Below, in pieces: positions 59,001 through 64,000 of a stretch of 64,000 bases of DNA. Made by a program: the position numbers and the translations under genes. The stretch's first letter is position 1. Each line of letters opens with the position of its first letter. Origin of the DNA: a virus; the IMG/VR virus record IMGVR_UViG_3300033571_022960, positions 1 to 64,000 of that record, one strand, 5' to 3'. A model generated the notes under the pieces. That model made no database searches, was not told the origin of the DNA, and was given only the letters and a program-made list of their open reading frames with translations.

Positions 59001-59432
59001 ATGAAAAATATTTTAATAGTATTAATGTTATTACCAATTACTTTATTTTCACAAATAAAGGTTACAACAACAAATTATACAACAGTTCATTTAAGAATTG
59101 ATAAGAAAAACAATATATTAAATTTTAATGTTGAGGGAATTTATGATGATAATAATATCCTAAAAAAAGAAAAACCAAAAACTTTAAGATTAATTTTTGA
59201 TAATAATATGTTTATTGAAACCGAATTAATTGATGATAATTTCTCTTATTCAGAAGAAACTTTTGAGTATAATGCAAATTTCCAAATCAATAACAATGAT
59301 AAAAATTTATTGGAAACATTTTTATTAAAAAAATGGACTTTAAGTTTCAAATATTTTCAGGTCACAGAAAACATAAAAACAAAAAATTCAAAAAAATTCT
59401 ATTATTATATAAATTCAAAATGTAATGAATAA
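59001..59432 (+). CDS. Exported protein with Sec signal peptide
   Basis: MKNILIVLMLLPITLFS|Q. Confidence 0.7.
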   Translation: MKNILIVLMLLPITLFSQIKVTTTNYTTVHLRIDKKNNILNFNVEGIYDDNNILKKEKPKTLRLIFDNNMFIETELIDDNFSYSEETFEYNANFQINNNDKNLLETFLLKKWTLSFKYFQVTENIKTKNSKKFYYYINSKCNE

Positions 59433-60240
59433 AATACAAAAACCAATTTCATTCTTCGGAGGTAAAACCGAAATGGCATATAAAATAATTGAACATTTTC
59501 CAAATTTCAAAGAAAATAATATAACAACCTATGTTGAACCTTTTGGTGGTTCTTATGGTGTGGGTTTAAAATTAAAAGAAATACCAGAAGTTGAGATATA
59601 TAATGATTTATGGTCAAATGTATATTCTTTATATAAAGTTTTGGGTGATAAAGAAATGTTTAATGAGTTTAAAGATAAATGTGATTTAACTCATTTTTCA
59701 GAAGAACTTTGGAAAGAATATAAACAACTTTTAAAAAGGGAAGATTTAACTATTGTTGAACGTGCATTTTATTATTTCTATGTTAATAGAACAAGTAGAA
59801 ATGGTGTCGGAGGGTTTACTACCAATTTAGTTGTACGTAGAAAAATGGGTAAATCCATATCAGATATGTTATCATCTATTGATGGTATGTATGATTTACA
59901 CCAAAGATTATCCAAAATTACCTTTTTAAATAGGGATGCAAAGGATGTTATTAAAAAATTTGATTTACCTTTTGTTTTTCAATATCATGACCCACCATAT
60001 CATCATTCAACAAGAACAAGTGCAAGATATTCTGTTGATATGGACAATGAACAACAAAAAGAATATTTAAATTTACTTTTATCTTTAGAAAACACAAAAG
60101 TTTTGGTTTCAGATTATGCATGTGATGAATATAAAATTTTGGAAGAAAATGGTTGGGAACGTATAGATTTTGAGGTAAAAACTGTAAGTGGAACAAATGA
60201 AAGAAAAATAAAAATTGAGAGTTTATGGAAGAATTATTAA
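59425..60240 (+). CDS. dam: Dam-family (D12) DNA adenine methyltransferase
   Basis: PISFFGGK, YVEPFGGS, IYNDL, YHDPPY. Confidence 0.88.
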   Translation: MNKIQKPISFFGGKTEMAYKIIEHFPNFKENNITTYVEPFGGSYGVGLKLKEIPEVEIYNDLWSNVYSLYKVLGDKEMFNEFKDKCDLTHFSEELWKEYKQLLKREDLTIVERAFYYFYVNRTSRNGVGGFTTNLVVRRKMGKSISDMLSSIDGMYDLHQRLSKITFLNRDAKDVIKKFDLPFVFQYHDPPYHHSTRTSARYSVDMDNEQQKEYLNLLLSLENTKVLVSDYACDEYKILEENGWERIDFEVKTVSGTNERKIKIESLWKNY

Positions 60241-60260
60241 TTTCTAAATTGAAAAAATAG

Positions 60261-60268
60261 ATATTTAT
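60261..60268 (+). promoter_or_regulatory. ATATTTAT motif
   Basis: 4 nt upstream of 60273. Confidence 0.45.
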
Positions 60269-60272
60269 TAAC

Positions 60273-60824
60273 ATGAATTTATCGGAAATTTTTAAAGAAA
60301 TTATAAATGAATCAAGATTAGATTATTCCTTAAAATTACTTAATTCTATTGATGAAATAGAAGGAATTAAAAAAATTGAAATAAAATTTTTCGATAATGG
60401 TGCATGTGGAATTTTTAAATTTAATGAACCTAATATAGATAAAACAATAGGTTATTATGAAATAATTGTTTCTCCAGGAAGTGTTATAGGTGAAGATATT
60501 GATATATCATTTAATTATGAATTCAAAACACCAAAAAGTAATAAACTAACTACATATACAGGGGAAATTTTAAGTAAAATATCTAAAAAACCAGGTTTTA
60601 AAGTATTATCTTGGTTTACCTTTGCACAAGGTCAAATTGCTCTTTTTAAATACTCTGATGGTAATGTTTACCAAATAATTGTTAGACCTTCTGATATGAT
60701 TGGAAGGGATTATCCTTTAGGACAATTTAAGGACTTATTCGGTAATGTCCTTAAAAAAAAAGGAAAATATGTTGATGGTGTCAGATTAAAAGATATTGAT
60801 ATATCTGACATAACCAATTTTTAA
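60273..60824 (+). CDS. Hypothetical protein with head-cargo-type leader
   Basis: MNLSEIFKEIINE|SRL. Confidence 0.7.
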   Translation: MNLSEIFKEIINESRLDYSLKLLNSIDEIEGIKKIEIKFFDNGACGIFKFNEPNIDKTIGYYEIIVSPGSVIGEDIDISFNYEFKTPKSNKLTTYTGEILSKISKKPGFKVLSWFTFAQGQIALFKYSDGNVYQIIVRPSDMIGRDYPLGQFKDLFGNVLKKKGKYVDGVRLKDIDISDITNF

Positions 60825-60891
60825 ATTAGTTCAGAAATGAACATTATTTTTTTTCGATTTATAAAATCGAGGTAGATAAACTTATCTAAAA

Positions 60892-61176
60892 ATGAAAGAA
60901 ACTATTGAAAAACTAAATAACGAAGGAAAACCTTTTATGGTTAAATTTACTGCAAATTGGTGTGGTGGATGTAAACAAATTCAACCTACACTTGACATTT
61001 TAAAAAATGATATTAATATTGTTGAATTCGATGTTGATAGTGATATTGATTATCCTAAATCTTTAGGAATTAGGTCAATACCAACTTTAATAATTTTTAA
61101 GGAAGGTATAGAAAAAGAAAGATTAATTGGTATTGTTAGTAAAGAACAAATTTTAGAAACATTTAATAAAAATTAA
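60892..61176 (+). CDS. trxA: Thioredoxin
   Basis: FTANWCGGCK, IRSIPTLIIFKEG. Confidence 0.9.
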   Translation: MKETIEKLNNEGKPFMVKFTANWCGGCKQIQPTLDILKNDINIVEFDVDSDIDYPKSLGIRSIPTLIIFKEGIEKERLIGIVSKEQILETFNKN

Positions 61177-61180
61177 AAAT

Positions 61181-62128
61181 ATGGAAAAAATTTTACAAGA
61201 AAATCCTAATCGTTTTGTTATGTTCCCAATTGAACATCAAGATTTATGGAAATTTTATAAAAATCATAAAGATGCCTTTTGGACTGCAGAAGAAGTAGAT
61301 TTATCAGAAGATATTAGAGATTGGGAGGAAATGAATGAAAATGAAAAGTTTTTCATTAAAAATATACTGGCATTTTTTGCGGCAAGTGATGGTATTGTTA
61401 ATGAGAATATTGCGATTAATTTTATTAATGAAGTTCAATATCCTGAAGCAAAATCATTTTATGGTTTTCAGGTTATGATGGAAAATATTCATTCTGAAAT
61501 GTATTCTCTTTTAATAGATACATATATAAAAAACCCTAAAGAAAAGTTAGAAACTTTAAGGGCATTAGAAAATTTACCACCAGTTAAGAAAAAGGCAGAA
61601 TGGGCATTAAATTGGGTTAAACACCCATCATTTGTTCATCGTTTAATTGCATTTATTGCTGTTGAGGGTATCTTCTTTTCTGGAAGTTTCTGTTCTATAT
61701 TTTGGTTAAAATCCAAAGGTAAAATGAAAGGATTGTGTGATGCTAATGCATTGATAATGAAAGATGAACATTTACATTGTGATTTTGCAATACATTTATT
61801 TAATAATCATATAGATGATAAAATATCAGAAAAAGAAATAAAAGAAATTTTATTATCTGCCCTTGAAATTGAGAAGGAGTTTATTACTGAATCATTACCA
61901 GTTTCTTTAATAGGTATGAATCAAAATCTAATGAAACAATATTTGGAATTTATAGTTGATGGTTTATTTATAAAATTAGGTTTATCTAAAGAATTTAATG
62001 TGGAACAACCATTTAAATTTATGGAACAAATTGCAATAGAAACAAAAGGTAATTTTTTTGAGGGTAGAACAGTAGAATATCAAAAAGCAAAACTAAACGA
62101 ACAAATTAAGTTCATTGATGAATTTTAA
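61181..62128 (+). CDS. nrdB: Ribonucleotide reductase class Ia beta subunit
   Basis: FWTAEEVDL, FFAASDGIV, ENIHSEMY, VEGIFFSGSF, DEHLH, KGNFFE. Confidence 0.96.
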   Translation: MEKILQENPNRFVMFPIEHQDLWKFYKNHKDAFWTAEEVDLSEDIRDWEEMNENEKFFIKNILAFFAASDGIVNENIAINFINEVQYPEAKSFYGFQVMMENIHSEMYSLLIDTYIKNPKEKLETLRALENLPPVKKKAEWALNWVKHPSFVHRLIAFIAVEGIFFSGSFCSIFWLKSKGKMKGLCDANALIMKDEHLHCDFAIHLFNNHIDDKISEKEIKEILLSALEIEKEFITESLPVSLIGMNQNLMKQYLEFIVDGLFIKLGLSKEFNVEQPFKFMEQIAIETKGNFFEGRTVEYQKAKLNEQIKFIDEF

Positions 62129-62140
62129 AAAAAAAATAAT

Positions 62141-64000
62141 ATGTTAACAATAATAAAAAGAAATGGTGAAAAAACATCATTCCATCCTAATAAAATTTAT
62201 AATAGAATAAAAAAATCATCAAAAGGTTTAAATATTAATCATGATGAAATTTTTATTAAAGTTATTACTTCTGTACCAACAGAAGGTGAAGTTACAACTA
62301 AAGAATTGGATAATTTAATATCCCAAATTTCAGCATCTTATACATCTTCTCACTATGATTATAGTAAATTTGCTGCAACAATTGCAATATCTTCTTTTCA
62401 TAAAGAAACAAGTAATTCTTTTTATGAAACTATGAAAAAATTAAATAGTGAGGGTGTTGTTAATAGTAAATTAATAGAAATAATAGAAACTTATGGTATT
62501 GAAAAAATTGATTCTTTAATAAATCATGATATGGATTATGATTTTGATTATTTTGGTTGGATTTCACTAAAAGAGATGTATTTACTAAAAACCTCTAAAG
62601 GTATTACAATTGAAAGACCACAATATATGTATATGAGAGTTGCTCTTTGGGTAACTAATTCATTAGAAGAGGCAATAGATTATTATTTTTCTTTATCAAA
62701 TAAATTAGTTTCTAAGGCAACACCTATAATGATTAATGCTGGAACAAAAATTCCACAATTAGCATCATGTGTATTAAAATATAATGAAGGTGATTCAAGG
62801 GAAGATTTACTTGCAACTTTAAAAGATATATCAGTATATTCAGCAGATGCAGCAGGTATAGGTTTATGTATGTCAAACATAAGAAGTAAAGAAAGTAAAA
62901 TTTCTACTTCTGGTGGTAATGCTGGAGGTTTATTGAAATATCTTAAAATAGTCAATGAAAGTCTTAGGTTTTTTAATCAACAAGGTCGTAGACCAGGAAG
63001 TGCTGCCATATATATTGAACCTTGGCATAAAGATATTTTTGATTTATTGGATATAAAGAAAAATACAGGAGCAGAAGAATTAAGGGCAAGAGATTTATTT
63101 ACTGCAATTTGGGTTCCAGATAATTTTCTAAGGGCAGTAGAAGAAGATGGTGATTGGTATTTATTTTGTCCTAATGATATTATTAAAAGTGGTTTAAAAC
63201 CATTACAAACAATTTATGGTGAAGAATATGAGGAAGAATATAACAAGGCAGTAAAATTAGGAATAGGTAAAAAGGTTAAAGCACAAGATATTTGGTTTAA
63301 AATTGTAGAATCACAAATAGAAACTGGTGTTCCTTATTTATTATCAAAAGATAATGTTAATAAAAAATCTAACCATAAAAATATTGGAACTATTAAACAA
63401 TCTAATCTTTGTGGAGAAATCGTACAACACACAGACGAATCATCAACTGCAATCTGCACTCTATCATCTTTAGTTTTAAAGAATTTTGTTAAAAACAAAA
63501 AATTTGATTTTAATCTATTATTATCTGAAACAAGAAAAATAGTTAGAAGTTTAAATAAAGTTATAGATATTAATTCTTATTCTACCGAAAAAGGTAAAAA
63601 AGGTGGTTTAGAACAAAGAGCAATAGGAATAGGTGTTCAAGGTCTTGCTGATACTTTCTTTTTGATGGATTATATTTTTGATTCGGAAGAGTCGAAAATA
63701 TTAAATAAAGAAATATTTGAAACAATTTATTATGCATCTATATTAGAATCAATGAATTTATGTAAAGAAGGTAATTATAAACCATATAAATTTTTTAAGG
63801 GTTCACCATTTAGTGAAGGAATTTTCCAATTCGATATGTGGGGATTGAAAAAAGAAGATTTATCTGGTATGTATGATTGGGATTCTTTAAAAGAACAAGT
63901 TAAAAAATATGGTGTATGTAATAGTTTACTAACTGCAATAATGCCTGTAGCAAGTTCTGCGAAGGTAACTGGAAGTTATGAAATGGTTGAACCTGCACAT
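62141..64000 (+). CDS. nrdA: Ribonucleotide reductase class Ia alpha subunit (runs off the window end; not in the ORF track)
   Basis: ATP cone IIKRNGE, ATPIMINAG, LASCVL, QQGRRPGSAAIYIEPWH, SNLCGE, MPVASS; 620 open codons. Confidence 0.96.
   Translation, partial: MLTIIKRNGEKTSFHPNKIYNRIKKSSKGLNINHDEIFIKVITSVPTEGEVTTKELDNLISQISASYTSSHYDYSKFAATIAISSFHKETSNSFYETMKKLNSEGVVNSKLIEIIETYGIEKIDSLINHDMDYDFDYFGWISLKEMYLLKTSKGITIERPQYMYMRVALWVTNSLEEAIDYYFSLSNKLVSKATPIMINAGTKIPQLASCVLKYNEGDSREDLLATLKDISVYSADAAGIGLCMSNIRSKESKISTSGGNAGGLLKYLKIVNESLRFFNQQGRRPGSAAIYIEPWHKDIFDLLDIKKNTGAEELRARDLFTAIWVPDNFLRAVEEDGDWYLFCPNDIIKSGLKPLQTIYGEEYEEEYNKAVKLGIGKKVKAQDIWFKIVESQIETGVPYLLSKDNVNKKSNHKNIGTIKQSNLCGEIVQHTDESSTAICTLSSLVLKNFVKNKKFDFNLLLSETRKIVRSLNKVIDINSYSTEKGKKGGLEQRAIGIGVQGLADTFFLMDYIFDSEESKILNKEIFETIYYASILESMNLCKEGNYKPYKFFKGSPFSEGIFQFDMWGLKKEDLSGMYDWDSLKEQVKKYGVCNSLLTAIMPVASSAKVTGSYEMVEPAH

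Noticed and set aside
60854-60870. TCGATTT-ATA-AAATCGA hairpin before trx/nrd as a terminator or NrdR box
   Set aside because: No downstream U-tract on either strand and no match to the NrdR consensus; too short to support.
1-64000. Diversity-generating retroelement, integrase, tRNA or rRNA genes
   Set aside because: No reverse-transcriptase or tyrosine-recombinase motifs, no TR/VR pair and no cloverleaf seen by eye; tRNAscan and HMM searches were not run.
45680-64000. Inteins or introns in polB, dnaB, recA, nrdA, nrdB
   Set aside because: Lengths and motif spacing look ordinary; no intein-like insertion or splice motifs seen.

Overview
A 64 kb slice of a very AT-rich, large T4-like myovirus (jumbo-phage type), standard genetic code. 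The host is probably Bacteroidota (no Shine-Dalgarno motifs, A-rich start contexts, one Gln-cleaved signal peptide; inference). Virion genes (gp6-like baseplate wedge, gp20-like portal, gp18-like sheath, a gp19-like tube paralogue, tail fibre, BppU-like and LamG proteins) alternate with replication, recombination and nucleotide-metabolism genes (PolB, gp32-like SSB, RecA/UvsX, 5'-3' exonuclease, DnaB/gp41, SbcCD/gp46-47, ATP ligase, NrdA/NrdB, thioredoxin), plus NusG, KTSC, three DNA adenine methyltransferases and a GNAT. No tRNA, CRISPR array, integrase or reverse transcriptase was seen. Two systems stand out. (1) An integron-like cassette array at 34.2-36.0 kb: three attC-like hairpins share an AAC-N5-arm...arm-TT-GTT geometry, and each cassette's 5' GTT core is complementary to its own 3' AAC core. 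(2) A modular protein family: a ~1400 aa polyprotein and three dispersed relatives are built from unrelated 100-200 aa modules, each preceded by an (L/I/V)xE site matching T4 prohead-protease specificity and nearly all by an xLxLKSRAxxQEKQ tag. Cargo includes an HD hydrolase and a protein-kinase-fold domain. An 11-G tract frameshifts the last module, and one relative carries an in-frame TGA. Also notable are a MazG domain fused to an Xre/MbcA-type antitoxin domain, an orphan DUF2283 protein, and a recurrent ATATTTAT motif upstream of virion genes. All family assignments come from motif recognition by eye, without database searches.
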